Shown piece after piece: positions 29,304 through 37,959 of a stretch of 64,000 nucleotides of DNA (positions are counted from its first letter, which is position 1; each line of letters begins with the position of its first letter). Under the pieces are notes generated by a model, which saw nothing but the letters and a program-made list of their open reading frames with translations, was not told the origin of the DNA and made no database searches. The DNA is from Candidatus Fermentibacteraceae bacterium. GTDB taxonomy: Bacteria > Fermentibacterota > Fermentibacteria > Fermentibacterales > JCC-6. Made by a program: the position numbers and the translations under genes. The DNA is taken from contig JAMOUX010000025.1 of assembly GCA_027067855.1 (NCBI GenBank), positions 11,228 to 75,227 of the forward strand, given 5' to 3'.

Positions 29304-30491
29304 TCATTCCGGTGGAGTTCCGTTTTTCAAGCGTTTCCACGCAGTCGACACCCGCTCCAGGGCTTCCTCCAGGAGACTTCGGGGACAGGCTACGTTCATT
29401 CTCATGAACCCCTCTCCTCCCGGACCGAATGAAGTACCGGTATTCAGACCCAGCCCGGCTTCAGAAGCGAAAAATCGTTCCAGTCGCTGCTGCGACATGC
29501 CCATATCCCGACAGTCCAGCCAAAGAAGGTACGTGGCTTGCGGCATCGTCACCTTTATGCCGGGAACCCGCTTCGGAAGTTCATCCACGATCATCCTGCA
29601 GTTTTCGCGCAGGTATGACAGAAGTTCGTCGAGCCATTCCACGCCGTGGCGGTAAGCCGCCTCCAGCGCCACCCCGTCAAACACACGTGGAGTATCCAGG
29701 GCATGCCCCTTCTGCGCCTCCTCGAATCTTTTCCTGGTCTCTTTTCCCGGAATGATGTTATAGGACGCTCCCAGTCCGGCAAGATTGAAGGTTTTCCCTA
29801 TGGAATAGGCACATATGAGCTTCTCCCCCGCCGTGCCCGCGGCTCCGGCGGGAACGTGCCCGTAACCGGGATAAACCAGGTCGGCATGTATCTCGTCCGA
29901 GAACAGGAGGACGTCGTGCTCCGCGCACATCCCGGCCATAACCTTCAGTTCCCCTCTTGTCCATACCCGGCCCACCGGATTGTGCGGGGAGCAAAGTATC
30001 ATCATTTTCGCAGTCTTGAGTTTTTCCTCCAGGTCATCGAAATCAATGGAGTATTCCCTTTCCCGAAAGACCAGCCTGTTGGGCACGGGTTTCCTCTCCA
30101 TGCCTACTATCGAACGTTCGAAGAGCTGGTAGACGGGAGGCTGGTATACCACCCCGTCCCCCGGTTCCGTGAAAGCACGGATCGCGGTGCAGATAGCCGG
30201 AACCACGCCGGGCGAGGGTACCGTCCATTTTTTTCCTATCTTCCAGCCGAACCTCCGGCGGAACCAATCCGCCACCGCTTCATAAAAAGACTCCCGCAGC
30301 ATCGTGTAGCCTAAAATGCCCTCCCCGGTCCTCTCGATGATGGCGTTCAGCACCGGGAGAGGCGCTCTGAAATCCATGTCCGCTACCCACATGGGCAGGA
30401 CATCATCGGAACCGAACATGCTTCGGGACACGTTCCATTTCACGGAATCCGTTCCACGCCTGTCTACGATCCTGTCAAAGTCGTATTTCAT
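29304..30491 (-). CDS. PLP-dependent C-S lyase / aminotransferase class I-II (MalY/PatB cystathionine beta-lyase family)
   Basis: 395 aa. PLP-lysine motif SIGKTFNLAGL. MalY/PatB-like length and N-terminal motif (DRRGTDSVKW). Confidence 0.8.
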   Translation of the reverse strand: MKYDFDRIVDRRGTDSVKWNVSRSMFGSDDVLPMWVADMDFRAPLPVLNAIIERTGEGILGYTMLRESFYEAVADWFRRRFGWKIGKKWTVPSPGVVPAICTAIRAFTEPGDGVVYQPPVYQLFERSIVGMERKPVPNRLVFREREYSIDFDDLEEKLKTAKMMILCSPHNPVGRVWTRGELKVMAGMCAEHDVLLFSDEIHADLVYPGYGHVPAGAAGTAGEKLICAYSIGKTFNLAGLGASYNIIPGKETRKRFEEAQKGHALDTPRVFDGVALEAAYRHGVEWLDELLSYLRENCRMIVDELPKRVPGIKVTMPQATYLLWLDCRDMGMSQQRLERFFASEAGLGLNTGTSFGPGGEGFMRMNVACPRSLLEEALERVSTAWKRLKNGTPPE

Positions 30492-30584
30492 GTTTTCCTC
30501 CCTGGTTAGAGAAACATAATGATGTATCGTTCCTTCCGGACACGCGACGGATACCCGGCGATTTCACAACCGAGGGGAGAAAAA

Positions 30585-31343
30585 ATGGAAGGCAGGAATT
30601 TTCTGAAATCCAACTGGCATCTGCTCGATGAATTTGTAAGCGACCAGGCGAAAGGAGTGAAGCATCCGCCGATCCAGGAAAGGCTTCCGGAGGGAACCCC
30701 CGTCATCGCCTTGCCCGACATCGGCGATACTTACTCCGACGTGTCTCTCACGCAGGCTATGGATGCCAGGAGAAGCATCAGGAAGTTCTCCACCGAACCA
30801 TTGAAACCGGAGGAGTTGTCGTTCCTGCTCCGGTACACGCAGAAGGTCGGGAAAGTGATAAGGAACGGCATTGCCACACTGAGACCGGTACCCTCGGCGG
30901 GCGCCAGGCATCCTTTCGAAACGTATCTCCTGGTCAATGCCGTAAGCGGTTTGGATCCCGGACTCTACCGTTACCTGCCCCTGGATCATTCCCTGGCTCT
31001 CCTGGGTGGGCGGCGTTCCGCGGAAGACGTAACAGCGGCCTGCAACGGTCAAACCTTCTGCGGTGACTGTCCCGTCGTCTTCGCCTGGACGACGCTTCCC
31101 TACAGGACCGAATGGAGGTACGGTCCGGCGTCGCACAAGGTCATTGCCCTGGACGCGGGACATCTCTGCCAAAACCTGTACCTGGCCTGTGCGGCGGCCG
31201 GCCTTGGCACATGCGCAATCGGGGCGTACGACCAAATCGCCATGGACCGGCTGTTGGGGGTGGACGGAAAGAACGAGTTCCTGATCTACCTGGCGCCGGT
31301 GGGGATCCCGGCACGGCCATTGACACCGGAAGGCAATAAATAG
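30585..31343 (+). CDS. SagB-type dehydrogenase domain protein (nitroreductase superfamily)
   Basis: The homology starts at MEGRNFLKSNW, preceded by GAGGGGAG. Contains the PSAGARHPFETYL and LDAGHLCQNLYL motifs of the SagB/ThcOx family. No YcaO partner is in the window. Confidence 0.7.
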   Translation: MEGRNFLKSNWHLLDEFVSDQAKGVKHPPIQERLPEGTPVIALPDIGDTYSDVSLTQAMDARRSIRKFSTEPLKPEELSFLLRYTQKVGKVIRNGIATLRPVPSAGARHPFETYLLVNAVSGLDPGLYRYLPLDHSLALLGGRRSAEDVTAACNGQTFCGDCPVVFAWTTLPYRTEWRYGPASHKVIALDAGHLCQNLYLACAAAGLGTCAIGAYDQIAMDRLLGVDGKNEFLIYLAPVGIPARPLTPEGNK

Positions 31344-31388
31344 ATAAGATGATATGTGGTATTGTAGCTTGGTGACAAAGGAGGAAAT

Positions 31389-32951
31389 ATGAAATCCGTT
31401 TTGGTTATTCTGGTTTTTCTTGCCGGTTTCTCCGGCGCAACCGCTGTAAGCAGTTTCCGGGAAGCCGCCGACTTGGTATATGACCGGATCCTGGACAATG
31501 ATATAACCGGCAAGGCGGTCTCGGTTCTGGACAAACCCGTCTCGCAGGGAATGGTGATCGACTCCTGGCACGATGAAGTCACGGCTCCTTTCGACGGTTA
31601 CCTGGTTCTCGTGGACGACATGGTCTATGCCAACTGGGCGCACCCGTGCCGCTGGGTCTTCGTAAGTTCCGGCGGAAACATGGAAACGGTCAAGATGATG
31701 ACCCCACCCGACGATCTCGAGCACATGGAAGTGGTCCATACTTGCATCCCGGATCACGTTGACGACTCGGGCAACGGCCAGTACGAGAACTTCCTCGAGT
31801 GGTTCAAGCCCAACGTACAATCCACGTCGGAACGGGCGGCGCACATGTACGCCCTGATCATATCCGGAGGCTACAACAAGTCGAACAACCACATCAGGTA
31901 CTACGGCGATGTCCAGTTCATTTACAACGTCCTGGCTCACGACTACCTGCTGCCCGACGACCACATCGTGGTCTGTTTCGCCGACGGCACCAATTCCGCC
32001 CCGGACCAGTCCGGAGGTCTGAACTCCAACCCCGACCTGGACAACGACGGAGACAACGACATCATCTACGACGCCACCTCCGCGGGGGTGGAGAAAGGCT
32101 TCAGCGCCATCGACTCGATGATCGGCGCCGATGACCATCTATTCATCTTCACCACCGACCACGGCGATGAAGGTAAACCGGGCAACCAGGCCCCCGAGGT
32201 CATACTGAACCTCTGGAACAAACAGTCGTACGACGACGACAAATACAAGACCAAGCTCAGCGACATGACCTATGCATCCTGTCACGCGGCGATGGAACAG
32301 TGCTTCTCCGGAGGATTCCTCCTGGAACACATCGGCGGAACCTCCTCTTCTCCCAGTACCTTCGCCTCCGCAGCCAACGGCACCGAATCGAGCTGGGCGG
32401 GAAAAACGTACCCTGAGTACAACGAGTTCATTTATTACTGGACGGGAGCCATGCATGGTTCCGTTCCTCCCGCGGGAGACTTGTCCGGAGGAGATCTTCC
32501 CGGAAATCCCGACCTCAACGGGGACAATTGCGTATCGTTTTTCGAGGCCTTCGACAGGGCCAAGGCATGGGACACCTATGCCCAGTCCGGGAAGGAACAC
32601 CCGCAGTGGGACGACGACCCGGATTCCTGCGGTGAGCAGTATTACCTCGGCGGCAAGATAAGCACCGCCATCGAGGATGATTCCCACCAGCCGGTCACCG
32701 GTGATCTGAACCTCTCGGGCAACCCCCTGGGCCTGATGGCCACCGTCAACTTCACCATGGGCGCCACCGGCAACGTAGACATCACGGTCTACGATATGTA
32801 CGGCCGAGTGGTGGAAACCCTGCTGCACGAGGAACTTTCCCCGGGACGGCATTCCATCAAATGGAACGCAGGCGGTCTCGCCTCCGGCGTCTACATCATC
32901 CGCTTCGAGACGGCCGACCTCGTGGAAACCCTCAGGGCGGTAAAGTTCTAG
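31389..32951 (+). CDS. Secreted clan-CD cysteine peptidase-like protein (C13 legumain/C11-like caspase fold) with a T9SS C-terminal sorting domain
   Basis: Signal peptide. His in FIFTTDHGDEG and Cys in MTYASCHAAM lie about 41 residues apart, as in legumain. Gly/Asp-rich linker. The C-terminal about 80 aa (NFTMGATGNVDITVYDMYGRVVETLL ... GVYIIRFETADLVETLRAVKF) match a T9SS CTD. RBS AAAGGAGG precedes the ATG. Confidence 0.6.
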   Translation: MKSVLVILVFLAGFSGATAVSSFREAADLVYDRILDNDITGKAVSVLDKPVSQGMVIDSWHDEVTAPFDGYLVLVDDMVYANWAHPCRWVFVSSGGNMETVKMMTPPDDLEHMEVVHTCIPDHVDDSGNGQYENFLEWFKPNVQSTSERAAHMYALIISGGYNKSNNHIRYYGDVQFIYNVLAHDYLLPDDHIVVCFADGTNSAPDQSGGLNSNPDLDNDGDNDIIYDATSAGVEKGFSAIDSMIGADDHLFIFTTDHGDEGKPGNQAPEVILNLWNKQSYDDDKYKTKLSDMTYASCHAAMEQCFSGGFLLEHIGGTSSSPSTFASAANGTESSWAGKTYPEYNEFIYYWTGAMHGSVPPAGDLSGGDLPGNPDLNGDNCVSFFEAFDRAKAWDTYAQSGKEHPQWDDDPDSCGEQYYLGGKISTAIEDDSHQPVTGDLNLSGNPLGLMATVNFTMGATGNVDITVYDMYGRVVETLLHEELSPGRHSIKWNAGGLASGVYIIRFETADLVETLRAVKF

Positions 32952-32974
32952 GATAATATCTTCGCGTAATGGAA

Positions 32975-33002
32975 GAAGGCGGGGGATTTCTCCCCCGCCT
33001 TC
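32975..33002. terminator. GC-rich hairpin between convergent genes (C13-like peptidase + strand, thioredoxin lipoprotein - strand)
   Basis: GAAGGCGGGGGA-tttc-TCCCCCGCCTTC, a perfect 12-bp stem. No strong U-run on either side, so it is an intrinsic-terminator candidate of uncertain strength. Confidence 0.45.
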
Positions 33003-33029
33003 CAATTCAGAACACGAAATCGTATCGCT

Positions 33030-33527
33030 CTAACGTATGCGGTCGAGTATCCCTTCCAGCTTGGCAATGTACTGGGCCACCGTGGGAGTGGTGCCCACTA
33101 TCCTGTCTATTTCCGAGCCGTCGGCTTCCGCTATAACGACGCAGGGAATGGCACTTACCTGGTAACGACTAGCCAGTGACTTCATGTCCGGATTCTCCAC
33201 GTCCACTCTCAGCAAAACGAACCTGGAAAGTACCGGATACATTTCGTTGCTGGTGAAGTACTGTTCGCCCAAGACCCTGCAGGGGCCGCACCAGTCGGCA
33301 TACATGTCTATGAGGAGCGGTTTGCCGGTAGCCTGCGACTCGGCGCTCGCTCCCTCGAAGTCGTCTATGAACCAGGTCAGTTCCTGTTCTCCTTCGCCGG
33401 TTTCCGCAGCCGGGGGGGTATCCGTCACGGAGGTTTCGGAAACCGGCTCCGCGGATTCACTGGAACTTCCGCATGCTCCGGTAACCAGGCCGGCGAGTAT
33501 CATGATTCCTATGAAACTTTTCTTCAT
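33030..33527 (-). CDS. Thioredoxin-fold lipoprotein (TlpA/thiol:disulfide interchange-like)
   Basis: MKKSFIGIMILAGLVTGAC-G lipobox, WCGPC active site and a low-complexity linker. The longer ORF start (33554) would overlap the divergent promoter. Confidence 0.75.
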   Translation of the reverse strand: MKKSFIGIMILAGLVTGACGSSSESAEPVSETSVTDTPPAAETGEGEQELTWFIDDFEGASAESQATGKPLLIDMYADWCGPCRVLGEQYFTSNEMYPVLSRFVLLRVDVENPDMKSLASRYQVSAIPCVVIAEADGSEIDRIVGTTPTVAQYIAKLEGILDRIR

Positions 33528-33547
33528 CTCTGCCCTTTCTTCCGGTG

Positions 33548-33575
33548 TTGACATCGACTACCGTGGAAATAGTAT
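33548..33575 (+). promoter_or_regulatory. Sigma70-like promoter candidate for the NUDIX gene (TTGACA-N16-TAGTAT)
   Basis: Perfect -35 TTGACA (33548-53), 16-nt spacer and -10 TAGTAT, about 50 nt upstream of the NUDIX ATG. Confidence 0.5.
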
Positions 33576-33623
33576 CCTCTAATATACCTGTTTGTTCCAA
33601 ACGTAACAATCGGATGGAGGAAC

Positions 33624-34049
33624 ATGAGACCGGTAACACCCCTTCTGACCGTGGATGCCGTCATCGAGCTGGACGACGGCCGGATCGTCCTGGTAGAGAG
33701 AAAATACCCTCCCGCCGGATGGGCGTTGCCCGGCGGTTTCGTCGACCCGGGTGAAACCCTGGCATCCGCCGTACGACGCGAAGCCCTGGAAGAAACCTCC
33801 CTGGAAGTAGAGGTATTGAGGCTCTTTCACGCCTACTCCAAGCCGTGGCGGGACCCAAGGGGCGATACCGTCAGCATCGTGTACCATTGCAGGGCATGCG
33901 GATTACCCAGGGGAGGAGACGATGCCTCCAGGGCGGAGGTTTTCGATCTCTCCCGCCTTCCCCGACCCCTGGCGTTCGACCACGGCACCATACTTGAGCA
34001 CTTCATAACCTGGAAACTCACCGGCAAACTCCCGTCGGTGGAGGAATAG
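33624..34049 (+). CDS. NUDIX hydrolase
   Basis: 141 aa. Nudix box GGFVDPGETLASAVRREALEETSL. RBS GGAGG precedes the ATG. Confidence 0.8.
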   Translation: MRPVTPLLTVDAVIELDDGRIVLVERKYPPAGWALPGGFVDPGETLASAVRREALEETSLEVEVLRLFHAYSKPWRDPRGDTVSIVYHCRACGLPRGGDDASRAEVFDLSRLPRPLAFDHGTILEHFITWKLTGKLPSVEE

Positions 34050-34076
34050 AAAAGGGGGCGGGTCACCCCCGCCCCC
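34050..34076 (-). terminator. Rho-independent terminator for the ompA-like gene (minus strand)
   Basis: GGGGGCGGG-tcac-CCCGCCCCC hairpin flanked by AAAA on the plus side, which is UUUU after the stem on the minus-strand RNA. Convergent with the NUDIX gene. Confidence 0.6.
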
Positions 34077-34095
34077 AGCCGCATCTTCCCGCAGC

Positions 34096-36102
34096 CTAGT
34101 TCGTCGAAAGGACCGTGAATTCGATCCTTCTGTTCATGGCCTTGTTGGCCGGAGTGGTGTTGGGAACCAGAGGCATGCTCTCACCGAAGCCAACGGTGGT
34201 CAGCCGCCTGGCTTCGATCCCGTGCTGCACCAGGTAGTTGAACACGGCCATGGCCCTCTGTTCACTGAGGGTCTGGTTGTAGGCGGCGCTGCCGTCGGAG
34301 TCGGTATGACCGGCTATTTGCACCCTGGCGTTGGGATTGGCCTTGAGAATCTCGACTATGTTGTCCAGAACGTAATAGGACTCGGGCTTGATGGTGGCGC
34401 TGCCCGAATCGAAGTAGATGTTGTCGAAGGAGAGTACCTGTCCCTCTTCGAGCAACGGCTTGAGTACGAAGTCCACCACCGCCGTCTTATCAGCTTCCAC
34501 GACCACCACGTCGGTGGTAGCTTTGTAACCCTCGGCCTCGGCCTTCACTATCCAGGTACCCTCGGGAACCTGGAACCGGAATACGCCGTCTTCCGAGGAA
34601 TGGAACACGTAAGTGGAATCGTCTATTACCACGGACAGTGTGGCCACCAGCGGATCCCCGTCTTCGAACTCGGTGACCGTACCGGCTACCATGCCCAGTC
34701 CGGGTGCCGGCTCCAGCTGGAAGTCGGTGGAAACATTCTGGCCGGCTTCGAGCACTACCGTAGCCGACGCGGCCTTGTAGCCGTCGGCTCTCACGGATAC
34801 CGGTATGCTGCCGGCGGTAAGCTCGGCGCTGTAGAACCCGGTGGTCGGATCGGTCAGCACCGGCGCAACCCCGGTCCCGGGGAACGAAACAGTGGCCTGG
34901 ACGGGCTTGCCGGTCTCCGCGTCGGTCACCATGCCGGAAATGGTTCCGGTGGTAACCACGGCAACCTTTTCCAGCAGGTCGCTGGAGAAGGTAACCGTTG
35001 CGGAGATACCCCAGTCCTGGGTACCGCCGTCGGGGAGAGGAGCCCTTTGTTTTCTTTCTTCAATGGTCACATCACCGTTCTGGTAGAGAGCGTGACCGAA
35101 GTCGAAGTATTGGTTGTCGAAAGAGCTGAGCCCCATGTTGAAGCAGAAATCCATGGCTACGCCGCCGCCGGAGAACACCCTGATGCCGGGGGTGAAGTAA
35201 CTCACTACGGCATAGTTCTCCCTGTCGAGGTATTGTTTGACGGTATACTCGGTGTAGATGACGGCGAACTTCGTGGGAAACTCCAGGGCCGTACCGAAAT
35301 CGAAGGCTTCGTCCTCGACGAGTTCATTGAAGGATATCTCGTCGGTCCTGTACCTGTGGCCCTCTTCGTTGAACCGGAGCCTGTAGTCATCGAACCTGAT
35401 CGTTTGCTTGTACTGGGAATATCCGGCATTGACGTGCATTCTCAGGGGAGTTCCCGGGAACACTTTCGCAAGATCCACGGAAAACAGTCCGTCGAAACCC
35501 ATGCTGGTATGTCCGGTGGAAAGCATGGGCCTGCGCATGGTGAGCAAGGGAGTGCCCGCATCGAACCTGCCGTCGTATTCTTCGCAGATTATGGTCTTGC
35601 TGTTCCTCGGAGCGAAGAAGAACCAGTTATCGAGCCCGAACCAGAGCACCTCGCTGGAAGGGGTAGGAGTAAAGCCCATTTTCCAGCCCAGCATGATATC
35701 ACCCATGCCGTGTTCGCCGTCCCACTGACCCACGGTGTTGTTCCTGGGCGGGGTCAGGTCGAACTCGTAATACGAACCTACATAGCTTATCCTGGCGGCG
35801 AGTTCCATGAAACTGGTGAAACCGTAATCAAGGTAGAAAAACCCCTCGGAGAAATGTTCGGTGTCCTCGACTCTCAAGACGGTGTCGGATTCGGTATGTT
35901 CCGGCCTGTAGTGCAGGTTTTCGTACTCGTCTGAACTGGTCCAATACCTGCCGGTTATGCTGAACGATATCTGGTTGGACCCTATGGGCCTCGCGTCCAC
36001 GACCCTGTTCACGCCCCTGAACCCCATTATGGAAGGCAGGGAGAAAGCGGTGCCCGTTAAAAGGATGAGCGCCAATACCAGAATTAAACCCCTTGTTTTC
36101 AT
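34096..36102 (-). CDS. OmpA-family outer-membrane protein with carboxypeptidase-regulatory-like (CarbopepD_reg) beta-sandwich repeats
   Basis: 668 aa with a signal peptide. The central region has two GxVxDxxTGxPxxxAxV-type repeats. The C-terminal OmpA_C domain reads NIYFDSGSATIKPESYYVLDNIVEIL ... VQIAGHTDSDGSAAYNQTLSEQRA. Confidence 0.8.
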   Translation of the reverse strand: MKTRGLILVLALILLTGTAFSLPSIMGFRGVNRVVDARPIGSNQISFSITGRYWTSSDEYENLHYRPEHTESDTVLRVEDTEHFSEGFFYLDYGFTSFMELAARISYVGSYYEFDLTPPRNNTVGQWDGEHGMGDIMLGWKMGFTPTPSSEVLWFGLDNWFFFAPRNSKTIICEEYDGRFDAGTPLLTMRRPMLSTGHTSMGFDGLFSVDLAKVFPGTPLRMHVNAGYSQYKQTIRFDDYRLRFNEEGHRYRTDEISFNELVEDEAFDFGTALEFPTKFAVIYTEYTVKQYLDRENYAVVSYFTPGIRVFSGGGVAMDFCFNMGLSSFDNQYFDFGHALYQNGDVTIEERKQRAPLPDGGTQDWGISATVTFSSDLLEKVAVVTTGTISGMVTDAETGKPVQATVSFPGTGVAPVLTDPTTGFYSAELTAGSIPVSVRADGYKAASATVVLEAGQNVSTDFQLEPAPGLGMVAGTVTEFEDGDPLVATLSVVIDDSTYVFHSSEDGVFRFQVPEGTWIVKAEAEGYKATTDVVVVEADKTAVVDFVLKPLLEEGQVLSFDNIYFDSGSATIKPESYYVLDNIVEILKANPNARVQIAGHTDSDGSAAYNQTLSEQRAMAVFNYLVQHGIEARRLTTVGFGESMPLVPNTTPANKAMNRRIEFTVLSTN

Positions 36103-36232
36103 AATACCTCCTCCGTTGATGAAAATCGAGAGACTTGCGCGAACAGTATTATATAATTAGAAAATCGGCGGACGTATATGTATGTAAACGAAAAGGCCTG
36201 CGACCGGGCGTGACGGGAGGTCTGAGACAACC

Positions 36233-37183
36233 ATGATTCCTACCACCATGCGAAAATCCGGGGCAACCGGGCTTGTGTTTTTACTTTCGTCCGCCGTGCT
36301 GGTTTTCGTAACCGCGGCGGACGGGTACGATCCTCTCTACCACGACAACCTGACCGAGGCTCTGCATTCCATGGAAACCGACGGAGACGTAATCTTAGGC
36401 TTCTTCAGAGCCGGAAGTTACTGGAGGACCGACTCCCTGGGACACAGCGAACTTCACGACTATCAGCAGGGACTCAGCGTGGTGCGATTGCTTTTCCTCG
36501 GCAGGTACGGCCTGACCAACAGTCATACCGTTTCCCTGCTCGTTCCCGCCTTCCTGCTGCTCCGGGGTCCCGGAGATTCGACGGGAGCGGGCATAGTCGA
36601 CCCATGGATATCCCTGGACGGCTGGCTTACCAGAGAACCCAGGGTTTTCGCCCGGGGAGCGATAAGGCTTCCCCTCAAGGGCGCACTGGAATCAGGAGAC
36701 TACTCCGAGAGTGACAGGCACCTGGCCCTGGACGGAGCCGTCACCGTGGTAAGTCCCCTGTCGGCGGGTTCCGGAATAACCGTGGAAGGAACCGCCGGAC
36801 TCAGGTACTACACGTCGGCCTGGGACGGCCTTTATGAAACTCCCAGGGATTCGGCGGAAACGAAACCTCCATTGGAACTCAGGTTCACAGGTTTCCTGGT
36901 ACTGCCGGTAAACCCCGAGTTGAGTCTGAGGGTGGGGGGAGATTTCGCCGGCAGGGGAGAAACGCAGGCCCTGATAAACGGCGACTGGACCGGGCAGGAC
37001 AACAGTGCGTTCTCACGGAAAGACCTGAGAACGGGTTTCTCGTTGAACAATGAGAGGCTGAATCTTGCTGTGGACGTCTACTACAGGTTCGCCGGCGAGA
37101 ACGACGACAAGGAATGGGGGCTCATGGTAAGCGGCACGGGTCTGAACATAAAGGACCTGTTCTCCGGATCGGGAGGCAGATGA
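36233..37183 (+). CDS. Hypothetical secreted protein, possibly an outer-membrane beta-barrel
   Basis: Signal peptide MRKSGATGLVFLLSSAVLVFVTAADG (the start may be Met6). Alternating amphipathic beta-strand pattern, Gly/aromatic rich, no recognisable family. Confidence 0.45.
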   Translation: MIPTTMRKSGATGLVFLLSSAVLVFVTAADGYDPLYHDNLTEALHSMETDGDVILGFFRAGSYWRTDSLGHSELHDYQQGLSVVRLLFLGRYGLTNSHTVSLLVPAFLLLRGPGDSTGAGIVDPWISLDGWLTREPRVFARGAIRLPLKGALESGDYSESDRHLALDGAVTVVSPLSAGSGITVEGTAGLRYYTSAWDGLYETPRDSAETKPPLELRFTGFLVLPVNPELSLRVGGDFAGRGETQALINGDWTGQDNSAFSRKDLRTGFSLNNERLNLAVDVYYRFAGENDDKEWGLMVSGTGLNIKDLFSGSGGR

Positions 37184-37959
37184 AACGAATCGTAATTCTT
37201 CTGCTTCCCGCGGTCTTGCTGCTCTATGCCGTATTCGCCAGGGAAACGAGCACGGGGAAGAAACTGCTGGAAACGTGCGACGGGTACCTGGAATCCTTGG
37301 AAGCCGATGACGCGGCGACCGCCCGGAACCTCCTCACGGACAGTCTCGCCGCCATGGTCACTGTCGAAACCCTGAAGAAAACCCTGCCGTCGGTGCCTGT
37401 GACCTACGCAGTGGGACGGCGGGAATCCAGGGGTCTTCCGGTTACCGTAACCACGGAGGAAGGCGGTTCCAGGATCTTGTGGCTCGAAGAGACTCCCGGA
37501 GGAAAATGGCGCGTGCGGGGAGATTCTTTCCTGGATGGAGCCATGGGAAGCGTGATACTGGAATGTATCTCCTATGCTTCGGAAACGGTGACACCGGCCG
37601 TGGCCGCCGGTGCGGCTCCCGTAGATTTCAAGTGTCCTTCCACGGGCTTGCCGTACACCATGAAAGACGGCAGACTGTTCTGTCCCGCGGGACACCTGGG
37701 AGAGGGACTGGAATTCGCGGGGGCGGACTGCGGGATCCTGAGAGACAGCCTCGCCGGGGAGATAGCCGCTTACCTGGACGCAGGCCATCCCTACCCGTCC
37801 TCGTTCGGGGAAATGTACGAAAGCAGCGAGGGCGCCTTCGGACGCAGAGGAAGATTCCATTGTCCGGACAACGGCTATGCCTATTACGAGATAACCGCGG
37901 AAGGGCTCTACTGTCCCTACCATGATGCGGTTACCCCCATTCCGGGCGGAACGGAATGA
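37180..37959 (+). CDS. Hypothetical secreted protein with two C-terminal Cys/His-containing repeats
   Basis: ATGA overlap with the previous gene. Signal peptide MKRIVILLLPAVLLLYAVFA. Two repeats of CPxxGxxYxxxxGxL(F/Y)CPxxH (FKCPSTGLPYTMKDGRLFCPAGH and FHCPDNGYAYYEITAEGLYCPYHD). Confidence 0.45.
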   Translation: MKRIVILLLPAVLLLYAVFARETSTGKKLLETCDGYLESLEADDAATARNLLTDSLAAMVTVETLKKTLPSVPVTYAVGRRESRGLPVTVTTEEGGSRILWLEETPGGKWRVRGDSFLDGAMGSVILECISYASETVTPAVAAGAAPVDFKCPSTGLPYTMKDGRLFCPAGHLGEGLEFAGADCGILRDSLAGEIAAYLDAGHPYPSSFGEMYESSEGAFGRRGRFHCPDNGYAYYEITAEGLYCPYHDAVTPIPGGTE

